A DNA stretch of 64,000 bases from Alphaproteobacteria bacterium. Its GTDB lineage: Bacteria > Pseudomonadota > Alphaproteobacteria > SP197. The position numbers and the translations under genes were made by a program. Position 1 is the stretch's first letter; each line of letters starts with the position of its first letter. The notes beneath the pieces are model-generated. The model was not told the DNA's origin, did not search any database, and saw only the letters and a program-made list of their open reading frames with translations. Below are positions 10,613 through 19,814 of the stretch, piece after piece. Location of the stretch: the NCBI GenBank assembly GCA_964291265.2, contig OZ219747.1, positions 448,001 through 512,000 of the forward strand, given 5' to 3'.

Positions 10613-12795
10613 TCAGTTTGATGCTTCTGGGCCGAGTTTGGGTGGGTTGTCTGGCATGTCGTAGATCATGCGCAGGTCGGTTCCTGGGAAGGTCGTGCGC
10701 GTCTGGTTGAGTTCGTCGAGCAGTCCGGCGATATCGGCGTCGCGTGCGTTGCTGGCGGTGCCGAGGAATCGCACCCGCAGGACGCGGTTTTCCTGATCGG
10801 GGATGATGTCGGCGTCCGACTGGAACAGTTCGGCGAGGGGGCGTCGCGGACGCTGTTTTGCGCCCTGGGCCTGGGCGACGGCGGCCATCATCCGGGTTTC
10901 GGCGCGGTAGGCGATCATGCGAACGATGTCGAGCAGCAGCCTCTCGCTGGAGGGCAGGGCGTCGAGCCTGTCGTTCTCGTCGAGCTCGGCCACGGTGACA
11001 TGTTTCGGGATTTCTGCACGCCGGACCTTGAGCGCCTCGTGCTCGGCGTCGAGCGTCACGATCTTGTCCTGCAGCGTCGCGGCGGCCGTGATGGCGGTGT
11101 CGGACGGGGCGCCCTTGAGCAGGTCGGCGACGCGGTTGCGCAGTGTGCCGAGCTTCTGGCGCACCTGGCGGATGCGGCGGTCGCAGCGGCGCCAGTGCGG
11201 ATGGACGACGCGCGCTTCGGGGTCCTGCTCGACAAGGCCGTGCACGGCCAGCGCGTCGAGGCCGAACTCCTGGCGCATGTACTTGAAGAAGTTCTCCTGG
11301 GACCAGCGCGAGAACAGCGCGCCGGCGACCCGCTCCATGGGCGTGTGCATGTCCGTGGTGACAAGCGGCACCTGCCGGCCGCTGTCCAGAAGACGCCGGA
11401 TCTGGCGCACCTGCGGTCCGCCGGACAGCGTGATCCGTCTCTGTGCGAGCCGCACCTCGGCGGTGCGGACGCCACCTGGTGAGTGGAGCGGCGCCCGGAC
11501 CGTGCGGAACTCTCCCTGTGGCCAGGGATCGCTCCGGAACCCCTTGTGCCAGGTGATCACCGCCACCCCGCGTCGGGCGAGGCGGGCGAACAGCGCCGGG
11601 CTCCAGCCCTCGCGGTCGAACACCAGCGTCAGCCCCGGCGCAACCGCCTCTCCCCTGGCGAGGTCCGGCGCCTCCGGCCCCGGCAGGCCGAGCCGCTCCA
11701 GCGCGGGCAGGATGTCGTGCTCCAGCGCGTGCGTCATGGTCGGGTCGAGGTCCTTGTGCAGGCACAGGAGCGGCCGGCCGCCGAGCGCGTTGACCCAATA
11801 GCCTGTCGAGGCCGGCAGACAGAGCTTCTGACGTGACACGAAGTGCTTCGGCAGGCGACCCTTGCGGCCCGAATATACCTTCACGTGCCCGTCCACCGAC
11901 AGTGTCGCGCAGACATCCGGCGCGCCCGCGATCCAGTCCTTCGCCAGCGCGTCCTGCCAGTCCCGGACCCGCTGCGGGTCGCTCGCGAGCGCCCTGATCT
12001 TGCGCCGCAGCGTCTTGACCTCCGGGCAGCGGTCGAGCCCCAGGACCGCGCCCCGTTCTCCGGGCGCCTCGTGGCGCAGCGCCTCGGGGTTGCGGATCCG
12101 GGCCATGAACAGGAAGGCGAGCATGAGAAGCACGCTCGTCAGCCCATAGTACCCTTTCGGCAGCGACAGGAACCTGTCCGCGTGCTCCAGGAGACCCTCC
12201 TTCAGCAGCGCCGGCAGCGCCGCCAGGACGCCGCCGCCGGCGACCGCCGAGAGTGGCTCGTCGAAGCGCGGCGGCGCTTCGTTCATGGCTCCCGTCGAAG
12301 CCGCGACGCGCCCGGCGCTGTCGCGCGCGCCGCGCCCCATCGGCGCGACCCTGTCGCGACGGTCCCGTTCGCCGCGGCCGAGAAGATCGTCCGGGCATCG
12401 CGTGGCCTCGTCGACTTGCGCCGCCTGCGGCCGCTCTCCGCCGCCGATGAAGCCGTTGCTGAGGTTGTAGTACGCCGTCGATCTCGCGATCCCCAGTTCC
12501 CGGGCCAGTGCCGCGGCGTTCATGCCCTCGGCCAGGAGACGGTTCGCCGCGGCTGCCGTCTCGCCTGTGATCACGCTGAGACCACGGCCCTTGCGTGGCT
12601 CGTAGAAGCTCGCTTCGCCCTCGTCCCGGAGCTTCCTCACCGCCCGCTGCACGGTCGCGCGGCTCACGTCGAAGGCCGCCTGCAGGTCTCCTTGAGGAAC
12701 GCCGTGCCTGGCGAACCTCGCGATCCGCAGCAGCATGGCCGGCCGGTCGCCCTCGTCGTGGCAGTCGAAGGGCTCCATGTTCGAGAAGTAGACGG
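10613..12795 (-). pseudogene. Large putative DDE transposase, main part; reconstructs to 754 aa with 17961-18042
   Basis: Two HTH-like segments, motifs SVDGHVKVY, LVFDREGWS and FSRWSQENFFKYM, and a coiled coil. The frame joins the N-terminal piece across the inner element (DGQTV|YFSNMEPF). Confidence 0.8.
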
Positions 12796-12886
12796 TGAGC
12801 GCCTTCAGGCAGATTGATGATGCGTTGATCGGGCAATTTAGTGGACATGAGCTTTCGCGCTGCGCTTGGTTTGCGGTTCTTGAAGG

Positions 12887-13750
12887 CTACTTGGAAGGGA
12901 AGGCTGGTGTTCGTGCCTTGAGGACGTCGTTCCAGTCTTTGTGTCCGTCTGGGGGTCTCATGCGGAGAGCTCTTGGGTCTTGGCTGACGAGGCGCTCGGC
13001 GGCCTGTTCTCCGACGGGATCGGCGTCGAAGGCGACGAGGATGCGCTTTGGCGTCCAGGCTTCGGCCCATGTTGGGAGACGGTAAGCGATGCCGGCGGTT
13101 GACAGGATCACGGTAGCGGATTGCCGACATTCCTTGAGGCACCATGCGGAGAGGGCGTCGATGGCGCTTTCGGTGATGATGATGGTGCGTGGCATGGAGC
13201 GGTCCACGGGGATCCAGAAGCTGCCGGCGGCCTTGCGTGATCCACGCGCCATGGCTCTGTACTGCTTTCCGTCTGCGTTGGGGACGGTACCGACGATCTC
13301 GGCGCCGGAGACGTCTCTTCGTGCGTTGGTGCATGTGAAGACGGCGTTTCTGCGTTCGTCGGCGGCGACGAGGCCGTGCTGTCGGCAAGCGTCCAGGCAA
13401 CGGTCTGGCAGGCGGCGGTCATGGGCGAGGTAGTGGCGTACGGCGTGCCAGGTTTCCTCGCAGTGCGTTGGTGTTCTCGGCCCCTTGCCGCCGGAGCGTG
13501 CGGTGAGGAGTGCGACGGCGTCGTTGAAGCTGCAGCGGTGTGCATGCATGACGAGATCGATGGCGCCGCCACCGCCGGACTGGGTGATGTGGTCGAACCA
13601 GCGTTGTCGGTTGACGCTGATGACGGATCCGTGGCGCTTGAAGCGTCGCGGGTCGCGCGGGTCTCTTCGGTAGCCGAGCCGCAGGGCGAGTGGTTCGAGG
13701 GGCTGGTTGCGGATGTCATCGAGATGCTGATTGTCCCAGGACCGGATCAT
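12887..13750 (-). CDS. DUF3991/Toprim-domain primase-like protein, 287 aa
   Basis: WFDH..GGGGAIDLVMH..CSFNDAV (DnaG N-terminal-like), YL..R.L, IITESAIDALS, VAFDADPVG and KDWNDVL. RBS ggagg upstream. Confidence 0.8.
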   Translation of the reverse strand: MIRSWDNQHLDDIRNQPLEPLALRLGYRRDPRDPRRFKRHGSVISVNRQRWFDHITQSGGGGAIDLVMHAHRCSFNDAVALLTARSGGKGPRTPTHCEETWHAVRHYLAHDRRLPDRCLDACRQHGLVAADERRNAVFTCTNARRDVSGAEIVGTVPNADGKQYRAMARGSRKAAGSFWIPVDRSMPRTIIITESAIDALSAWCLKECRQSATVILSTAGIAYRLPTWAEAWTPKRILVAFDADPVGEQAAERLVSQDPRALRMRPPDGHKDWNDVLKARTPAFPSK

Positions 13751-13785
13751 GGTCTGTCGAGCCTCCTGCGTGGTGGACGGGGGGT

Positions 13786-13850
13786 GGTTCCCGTTGGCGG
13801 TTCCCACCTGAACTCCCAGGGTGAACGGGAACCGGGAACCGGGAACCGCC
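13786..13850. repeat. Cluster of five GGGAACC heptamers (two inverted, three tandem); candidate origin
   Basis: ggttccc at 13786 and 13799; gggaacc at 13827, 13834 and 13841. Perfect 10-bp IR at 13796-13805/13841-13850. Confidence 0.65.
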
Positions 13851-13884
13851 TGGCGTCGGGGCGTTTTGCGCCTGGTTGTTGCGG

Positions 13885-14832
13885 TCAGGCTTTGGCGACG
13901 CGATAGGCACCGGGACCGTCCTGTGCGACACGTCCTTCCTGGACGAGCTTGGCCAGAAGCGTGGCGACGGTCGTGTTCCGTGTTGGGACGCGGTCCCGGA
14001 CCTGGCGCAGCGAGAGCGGGGCATCGGCGTCGGCGAGGACCTGGACGATGCGCTGTTCGGGGGTTGGCGGCTGCGGCCTGGCGCCGTCGGGTTCCTGTTG
14101 CCGCAGCTGCAGGGCGGCTCCGTTGCCGCTGTCGGTGAGTTCGATGTCGAGATCGGCGAGTCCGGGTGCGGCGCGGTGTTCGACGGTCATGAGGATGGTT
14201 TCGTGGCGGCGCCGCAGGTAGAGGTTGCTGTCGCCCCATGCGTGCAGCTCGCTGCTTCCGCGCAAGGCCTGTCCGGGCCGGCTGGCGGCGCTCTTGCGTG
14301 CGTGGTGGACGAGCAGCACGGCGGCGCCGGAGTGTCGCTGCACGTCGCGCAGGAAGCCGAGGATCGGCGCGATCTCGGCGACGGCGTTTTCGTCGACGCC
14401 GTGCAGGCGGACGAGGGGGTCGAGGATGAGCAGGCGGGAGCCGTGACGCTCGACGGTCTCGAGCAGGCTCTGGCGGTCGGTTGGGTGGTCGAGGCGCAGT
14501 GCGGGGACGTCGATGACGGCGATGTCGAGGGTGTCGAAGTCGGCGCCGGCTGCGGCGGCGATGCCCTGGAGGCGGCGTCGCACGATGTGGCCGGCGTCCT
14601 CGGCGGCGAACATGAGCACCGGTCCGGGGTGCATGGCCGGGAAGCGGCGCAGACAGGGGACGCCGGCGGCGACGGCGACGGCGAGATCGAGGGCGAGGAA
14701 GGACTTTCCGCACTTGGGTTCGCCGCCGATGATGCCGACGGCCTCGCGGCCCCACAGGCTGTCGACGAGCCACTGCCCCTCGGTTGGCCGGTCCTCGAGT
14801 TCGGCCGGGCTGCGGGTTGGCAGGCCGATCAT
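13885..14832 (-). CDS. RecA-superfamily AAA_25 (RepA-like) helicase/ATPase with a C-terminal winged-HTH-like region, 315 aa
   Basis: Walker A GGEPKCGKS, FAAED, Walker B LLILDPL, LLVHHARK and LRGSSELHAW. ATGA overlap with the upstream gene. Confidence 0.85.
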   Translation of the reverse strand: MIGLPTRSPAELEDRPTEGQWLVDSLWGREAVGIIGGEPKCGKSFLALDLAVAVAAGVPCLRRFPAMHPGPVLMFAAEDAGHIVRRRLQGIAAAAGADFDTLDIAVIDVPALRLDHPTDRQSLLETVERHGSRLLILDPLVRLHGVDENAVAEIAPILGFLRDVQRHSGAAVLLVHHARKSAASRPGQALRGSSELHAWGDSNLYLRRRHETILMTVEHRAAPGLADLDIELTDSGNGAALQLRQQEPDGARPQPPTPEQRIVQVLADADAPLSLRQVRDRVPTRNTTVATLLAKLVQEGRVAQDGPGAYRVAKA

Positions 14833-15659
14833 CGTGTGCGCCTCGGCGGGATGGGTTCGCCCCAGGTTTCGAGGAAGAGCTTTTCGTCGAGCACCTCGCG
14901 GTCGGTGTCGAGGGCGACAGCGAGGAGGTTGTCGGCGAGGATGGTCAGGGAGCGCGGATTGCCGTCTGCATGGACGACGAGGGTCTCCTTGAGGCCGGGG
15001 GTCATGAGGCCTGGATTGCCGGCGGCGTCGAGCAGGTGGTCGAGCAGGCGGAGCAGTTCGTCGGGTTCGCAGCGCGTCATGACGAGGCGTTGACGGACCC
15101 GCGAGGCGACGGCTTGCAGGTCGGGGCTGTGCAGCTTGGCGAGCAGGCGGCTGTCGCCGGCCAGGACGACGCTGAGGATGGCGCGCGAGTCGAACTCCGT
15201 GGAGGCGAGCAGGCGCAGTTCGGTGAGCACGGCCTGCGGCATCTCCTGGGCCTCGTCGACGAGCAGGACCGGGCGCATGCGGGTGTCCTCGAGATGGGTG
15301 AGCCAGCACTCGCGCAGGGCCTTGAAGCCGGCCCAGAGGTTCCGGCGCAGTGTCGTGATGCCGAAGAGGTCGGTCATCTCGCGGTAGAAGTCTGCGGTGC
15401 TCGACGAGGGATGGGCGAGCACGGCGACGTCGAGGCCCTCCGCGGTCTCGAGACGCTCGTCGAGCAGGCGCAGGGCGACGCTCTTGCCGGTGCCATGCTC
15501 GCCGGCCACCACGGCGAAGCCGCCCTGGCGCACGAGCTGACGCTCGATCCTGCGGCAGAAGCTGTCGATCGCGGGCGTTGCGAGAAGGCCCTCGACCGGC
15601 AGGTCGGCGGCGAAGGGGTTCCACTTGAGGCCGTAATGGGTGAGGTGTTGGCGGTTCAT
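14829..15659 (-). CDS. ExeA/GspA-like AAA+ ATPase (transposition helper), 276 aa
   Basis: YGLKWNPF, Walker A GEHGTGKS, Walker B LLVDEAQ and GNPR sensor. ATGA-coupled to the transposase. Confidence 0.88.
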   Translation of the reverse strand: MNRQHLTHYGLKWNPFAADLPVEGLLATPAIDSFCRRIERQLVRQGGFAVVAGEHGTGKSVALRLLDERLETAEGLDVAVLAHPSSSTADFYREMTDLFGITTLRRNLWAGFKALRECWLTHLEDTRMRPVLLVDEAQEMPQAVLTELRLLASTEFDSRAILSVVLAGDSRLLAKLHSPDLQAVASRVRQRLVMTRCEPDELLRLLDHLLDAAGNPGLMTPGLKETLVVHADGNPRSLTILADNLLAVALDTDREVLDEKLFLETWGEPIPPRRTR

Positions 15660-17173
15660 GACATGTCTCCCTGATCGTTGTTGTCCTTGCCTTCGTCGTT
15701 CGGGCCGGCATCCTTGCCGAAGGGCAACCATGCCGGGGGCAGGCCGGTGGCGTCCTGCTCGTCGCGCAGGCGCTTGAGCAGCGGCGCCGGCCCGGTCTGT
15801 GGCTTCACCTCGTCGTCTTCTCTCCGGCGCCCGGTCCGGCGGCGGAGCCCCTCGGCGTTGCGAGACTTGTCCACCGGACGCAGGGTCGAGATGCGGTCCC
15901 CGGTGCGGCCGTCGACCATGTCGATGCCGGAGAGGTCCCAGCGGGCGACGCGCAGGTCGATCTCGCGCAGGTGGCGCCACGGCGCCGGCAGTTGATAGCG
16001 GACACTCGCCACCGTCACCGTGGCGTCGGAGCGTCGCACCTTGCGACGCACCTTGATGCGGAAGGCGGCCCGGAGTTCGCTGCTGTCCGGGCATGTCCGC
16101 GAGGCGTCCTCGCTGTCGATCACGCGCCTGAGCGGCGTGACCCCCGTCTCGCGGTGTACGCGGCGGTGATACTCGCGCTCGAACCAGATGACGGTGGCGT
16201 CGTTCAGGTCCTGCAGGGTCAGGGTCTCGACGTTCTCGAGCATCGCCATCAGGCGGCCCTCGACCTGGGCGAACAGCACCTCCTGCTTGCCGTTCTGGTA
16301 CGGGCTGCGGACAAGCGTGTGGTGGTGCAGCACGCCGAGGGCGTGCAGTCCCTCCTGCACCTCCCCGGCCGTCATCGCCGATCCGTTGTCGGTCAGAAGG
16401 GACCGCGGCAGCCCTCGCTTCATGAAGGCCTGGCTGATGCCGTGAACGAAGATCTCCGTGGTCTCCCCGAGATACCACTGCATGTGGCAGACGAGACGCG
16501 AGTGGTCGTCGATGAAGCTGAGCAGGATCGGCGTCCTCCACTCCCCGGACGGCGTCAGCACGCGACAGGTCCGCGCATGGTGGAAGTCGGCGTGCCACAG
16601 GGCATGGCTGCGCGAGACCTCGTAGCTCAGCACCTCGCGCCCCTCGACCGCAGGCCGCTCCGCTTCACCACCGAACTTCCGCTGCCGCCGCCGCCGCTCC
16701 AGGCCCGCCGAACGCATGACCCGGGTCAGCGTCGCATAGGACGGCATCGGCCCGAGCGAAGGGTCGGCCTCGACCAGCGCGCAAAGGTTGTCGTGGTGGA
16801 GCTGAACCGACCACGTGGGGTGCGCCCTGTACTGGTCGCGCAAGGCCGCCATCAGCAGGGGCGAGACGCTCCGCGCACGACCGGCGTCGCAGCGCACCCG
16901 ACGGCGCAGCGCCCGCACCGGATCCCGGTCGGCCGACCGCGCCTTGTAGTACCAGCGCTCGATCGTCGACACCGAGAAGCGGATCGTGCCGCCCCTGACG
17001 GGATGCTCCCAGTCCCGCCGCGACAGCCGTTGAAGCTCGGCCCGCAAACCACCCTTCGGCGGCGGCGACGCCAGCAGCGGGCCAACCACCGCAAAGCGCA
17101 GCCGCGTCCAGGCGTCCCCGGCGTCCGCTTCGTCCTTCGTCACCACGACGGCCTTCCTCCCTCGTCGTCCCAT
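15656..17173 (-). CDS. DDE integrase-type (rve/Mu-like) transposase, 505 aa
   Basis: N-terminal HTH, WHADFHH, FIDDHSR, LTDNGS and NGKQE catalytic motifs, Mu-like C-terminus. Confidence 0.9.
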   Translation of the reverse strand: MGRRGRKAVVVTKDEADAGDAWTRLRFAVVGPLLASPPPKGGLRAELQRLSRRDWEHPVRGGTIRFSVSTIERWYYKARSADRDPVRALRRRVRCDAGRARSVSPLLMAALRDQYRAHPTWSVQLHHDNLCALVEADPSLGPMPSYATLTRVMRSAGLERRRRQRKFGGEAERPAVEGREVLSYEVSRSHALWHADFHHARTCRVLTPSGEWRTPILLSFIDDHSRLVCHMQWYLGETTEIFVHGISQAFMKRGLPRSLLTDNGSAMTAGEVQEGLHALGVLHHHTLVRSPYQNGKQEVLFAQVEGRLMAMLENVETLTLQDLNDATVIWFEREYHRRVHRETGVTPLRRVIDSEDASRTCPDSSELRAAFRIKVRRKVRRSDATVTVASVRYQLPAPWRHLREIDLRVARWDLSGIDMVDGRTGDRISTLRPVDKSRNAEGLRRRTGRRREDDEVKPQTGPAPLLKRLRDEQDATGLPPAWLPFGKDAGPNDEGKDNNDQGDMS

Positions 17174-17195
17174 GGGAGGAAGGCCCTATACGGTC

Positions 17196-17810
17196 CTATG
17201 TCATCGCACTACAGGCACTCTCTGCGGGCGGCGACAGACCATCGACGATCCTGCAGAAGCCGGTCCACGGCATGAGCCAGACCAGGCTCCGCAGAAGGCG
17301 CGATCGAAACGATCCGCCGCGCATCAAGCGCACCAGGGCCACAAGCGGAGGCTCGTCCGCCTCCACCGCCAGATCGCCACGTTTCCAGCGCCACGCCGCC
17401 GTCGCCGGGAACCTCTCCCGCCACCATCGACGCCACCGGCCAAGCGTCCTCTCCGGGATGCCAGACATGCGGCTCGCCTTCGCCAGGGGAACACTGCCGC
17501 ACAGAACCAGGAGGCTCGCAGCCAGGTATACCGGCGCCGCACGGAACCTCCGGCCGAAGAAGCGCACCGAGGGCGGAGTCGTCCGGCTCCTGCACTCAGC
17601 ACAGCAGAAGCTGAAACGGCGGTTGTCGCCGCGAAGAGCAGGCGCAAGCGCGTGCGGCTTGCGCGGATACCGCGCGCTGTGAAGACGACCGCCGCAATGC
17701 GGGCATCCCTCCAGGCGGCAGCGCTCCGCCTCGGCCGCATCAATCCTCTCAAGGAGAGGCCAGACATGAGCGCAGGAAAGTATGGGACCCGGGAAGGAAA
17801 CGTGCGACAT
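17196..17810 (-). CDS. Zn-finger plus HTH protein (DUF6431-like position), 204 aa
   Basis: CPHC...CCAEC and an HTH-like LAKASRMSGIPERTLGRWRRWW. RBS ggagg. Confidence 0.7.
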   Translation of the reverse strand: MSHVSFPGPILSCAHVWPLLERIDAAEAERCRLEGCPHCGGRLHSARYPRKPHALAPALRGDNRRFSFCCAECRSRTTPPSVRFFGRRFRAAPVYLAASLLVLCGSVPLAKASRMSGIPERTLGRWRRWWRERFPATAAWRWKRGDLAVEADEPPLVALVRLMRGGSFRSRLLRSLVWLMPWTGFCRIVDGLSPPAESACSAMT

Positions 17811-17960
17811 TGACTGGCCTCCGGTGATCTCACCGTCACGGAGACAAGCCCCTCGGCCGACTTCTTGCAAGTCGGTCGAGGGGCAATCACCCCAGACCAG
17901 CAGACAATTCAAGCAAAACCGACGGAATCCACGTCAAAAATCGCGCAAACGCTTAGACGG

Positions 17961-18042
17961 TCTGTCCGTCGAGGTCGGCAAGGGAGAAGCACGAGGTTCC
18001 AATCTGGACGGCTTCGGGAGGGTGCATTGCGAGCGTGTTCAT
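17961..18042 (-). pseudogene. N-terminal 27 codons of the interrupted large transposase
   Basis: MNTLAMHPPEAVQIGTSCFSLADLDGQ(TV), in frame with 10613-12795 once the inner element is removed. Confidence 0.78.
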
Positions 18043-18272
18043 GGCCTGGACTGCTCCAATATAGGCATCATGTCATATTGGATCACCCCACGGCTATGGT
18101 GTCAAGCAAAAAACTGGGAAACCCGTTCATTGTGTTGGAAAAAAAGAAGGTCCGGACGGATCAAGTCAACTCACGAGGTCAGGACGTCTGAACTTCAAGA
18201 ACGGTCACTCTGAAGCGGTTGTCCACCGCCGATCACGACAACAGAACGGTCCTGCCGGAGGCGGTGACGCCC

Positions 18273-18303
18273 TTGCCATTCGAGATGGAATGTTATAACG
18301 TTC
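18273..18303 (+). promoter_or_regulatory. Zur box overlapping a sigma70-like promoter
   Basis: Near-palindrome GAATGTTATAACGTTC at 18288-18303 resembles the Zur consensus GAAATGTTATAACATTTC. TTGCCA at 18273 and extended -10 TGtTATAAC. Confidence 0.8.
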
Positions 18304-18332
18304 TTCCGCATTCTGCCAGTTGAGAACAGGAG

Positions 18333-18839
18333 ATGACGAAGCCTTCAGTCCGACCCCGACCCTGCATCGATCCGGATTGCCGCGGGCAGCACTCGCAAGG
18401 CGAACGGGTCGCCCTGGCGGAGTCGATTTGCGCAGAGCGCGGCGTGCAGATGACAGAGTGGCGCAGGCGTATCCTGGAGTTGCTCTGGGTCCGCGGTGAG
18501 CCGACAAGCGCCTACCAGCTGATCGAGGCCGTCAGACTCAAGGATTCGCGTCCGATCGGACCGCCGACAGTGTACCGGGCGCTGCACTTCCTGATGGAAC
18601 AGGGTCTCGTTTCCAGGATCGAGAGCCTCAATGCCTACGTCCCATGCATCCATCCCGAGCGTGATCACGATTGCCTCTTCTTCATTTGCAGGGCCTGTGG
18701 AACGTCGGTCGAGCTCGAGGATCCGCGAATCGCGGGACTGCTCGCCGAGGATGCCGCCGTCCTCGGGTTCGTCGCCAAGCGTCGCACGGTTGAAGTCGAG
18801 GGCACGTGCGCCGAGTGCGCAGGAACCGATGCGACATAG
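18333..18839 (+). CDS. zur: Zur/Fur-family zinc uptake regulator
   Basis: PPTVYRALHFL, RIESLNAY and two CxxC motifs. Heads a zinc ABC operon. Confidence 0.85.
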   Translation: MTKPSVRPRPCIDPDCRGQHSQGERVALAESICAERGVQMTEWRRRILELLWVRGEPTSAYQLIEAVRLKDSRPIGPPTVYRALHFLMEQGLVSRIESLNAYVPCIHPERDHDCLFFICRACGTSVELEDPRIAGLLAEDAAVLGFVAKRRTVEVEGTCAECAGTDAT

Positions 18840-18861
18840 GCAGGAGGGAAGTACGGCACCC

Positions 18862-19074
18862 ATGGTGGAGAAGGCCGTGCCAGGATGGACCGTCGCGGCG
18901 ACCGGAGGTGACCGCCGTCACTCGGCAGGAAGCACTGGCAAGAAGACCCGGTACACCCGATCACTTCGGCTGCTGCCGTTGGGCGCCGGCTCTCGGCTCA
19001 TCGGCGCAGGCCTGATCGTTGCTGTGCTCTGGGGCGCCTTCTTCTGGGCAACGTCCACGCCAGGTGGACCGTGA
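18862..19074 (+). CDS. Small membrane protein in the zinc operon
   Basis: Hydrophobic C-terminal helix (LIGAGLIVAVLWGAFFWA). Stop overlaps the next GTG. Confidence 0.55.
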   Translation: MVEKAVPGWTVAATGGDRRHSAGSTGKKTRYTRSLRLLPLGAGSRLIGAGLIVAVLWGAFFWATSTPGGP

Positions 19075-19814
19075 CCTACGCCCTTCAGTTTCAGGATCTG
19101 ACCCTCGGCTACGACCGGCATCCGGCCGTGCATCGCCTGCATGGCGAGATCGCGGAGGGAAGCCTGACTGCTGTCGTCGGACCGAACGGGGCCGGAAAGT
19201 CCACGATGTTGAAGGGAGTCATCGGTGCACTCCGCCCACTGGAGGGACGGATTACCCTTGGTGGGCTCACGCGGAACGAGATCGCCTACCTGCCGCAGCA
19301 GTCGGACGTCGACCGGTCATTCCCCATCACAGTCGCCGACCTCGTGAGCATGGGGCTCTGGCGGGAGATCGGCGGCTTCGCCGGCTTGCGGGCCCGCCAT
19401 CGCACACGCATCGCCGATGCGATTTCCGCGGTCGGACTCGACGGGTTCCAGAAACGTCCGATCGGGTCGCTGTCGGTCGGACAGGTACAGCGCACGCTCT
19501 TTGCGCGGCTTCTCCTCCAGGACGCACGGCTCGTCCTGCTGGACGAGCCCTTCAACGCTGTTGACGCAAGAACGATGGCGGACCTGATCGGTGTGGTGCG
19601 GCGCTGGCACGGCGAGGGCCGCACGGTGCTTGTCGTCCTGCACGACTTCGACACGGTGCGGGCCCACTTCCCTCGCACGCTGATGCTCGCCCGGGAGCTC
19701 GTGGCCCATGGACCCACGGCGCAGGTTCTGACGGCCGAGAACCATTTCCGGGCGCGCCAGATGTGCGAAGCCTGCGTTGGCTTCCCGCATACCTGCGGGC
19801 GGAGCGCGGCGTGA
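19071..19814 (+). CDS. Zinc ABC transporter ATP-binding protein (AztA/ZnuC-like)
   Basis: GPNGAGKS, YLPQQS and LLDEPF. Cys/His C-terminal tail. The signature reads LSVGQ. Confidence 0.9.
   Translation: MTYALQFQDLTLGYDRHPAVHRLHGEIAEGSLTAVVGPNGAGKSTMLKGVIGALRPLEGRITLGGLTRNEIAYLPQQSDVDRSFPITVADLVSMGLWREIGGFAGLRARHRTRIADAISAVGLDGFQKRPIGSLSVGQVQRTLFARLLLQDARLVLLDEPFNAVDARTMADLIGVVRRWHGEGRTVLVVLHDFDTVRAHFPRTLMLARELVAHGPTAQVLTAENHFRARQMCEACVGFPHTCGRSAA

Larger units (their letters stand above)
12796..17955 (-). mobile_element. Five-gene transposon: Zn-finger/HTH, DDE transposase, ExeA-like ATPase, AAA_25 helicase, DUF3991/Toprim primase-like
   Basis: Flanked by duplicated gacgg at 12791-12795 and 17956-17960 (extendable to tagacggt). 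Imperfect IR ends TGAGCG..TTGATG / TAAGCG..TTGACG. Excision restores the host transposase frame. Confidence 0.88.
10579..18190 (-). mobile_element. Unclassified IS (2447 bp net) carrying a nested 5.16-kb transposon
   Basis: Perfect 17-bp TIRs CAGACGTCCTGACCTCG at 10579-10595 and 18174-18190. 5-bp direct repeat aactt at 10574-10578 and 18191-18195. Confidence 0.88.

Noticed and set aside
14829-15659. Type II secretion gene exeA/gspA
   Set aside because: No secretion genes nearby and no peptidoglycan-binding domain. It is coupled to a transposase inside a bounded element.
10578-16598. Very long ORFs 10578-13400 (940 aa) and the Arg/Pro-rich N-terminal extensions of 12887-14773, 13885-15711 and 14829-16598
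   Set aside because: These are shadow frames of GC-rich genes. The real starts are marked by RBS or ATGA coupling at 13750, 14832 and 15659.
12796-17955. Tn7/CAST-type element
   Set aside because: No recognisable tnsA, tniQ/tnsD or cas genes, and no TGT...ACA ends.
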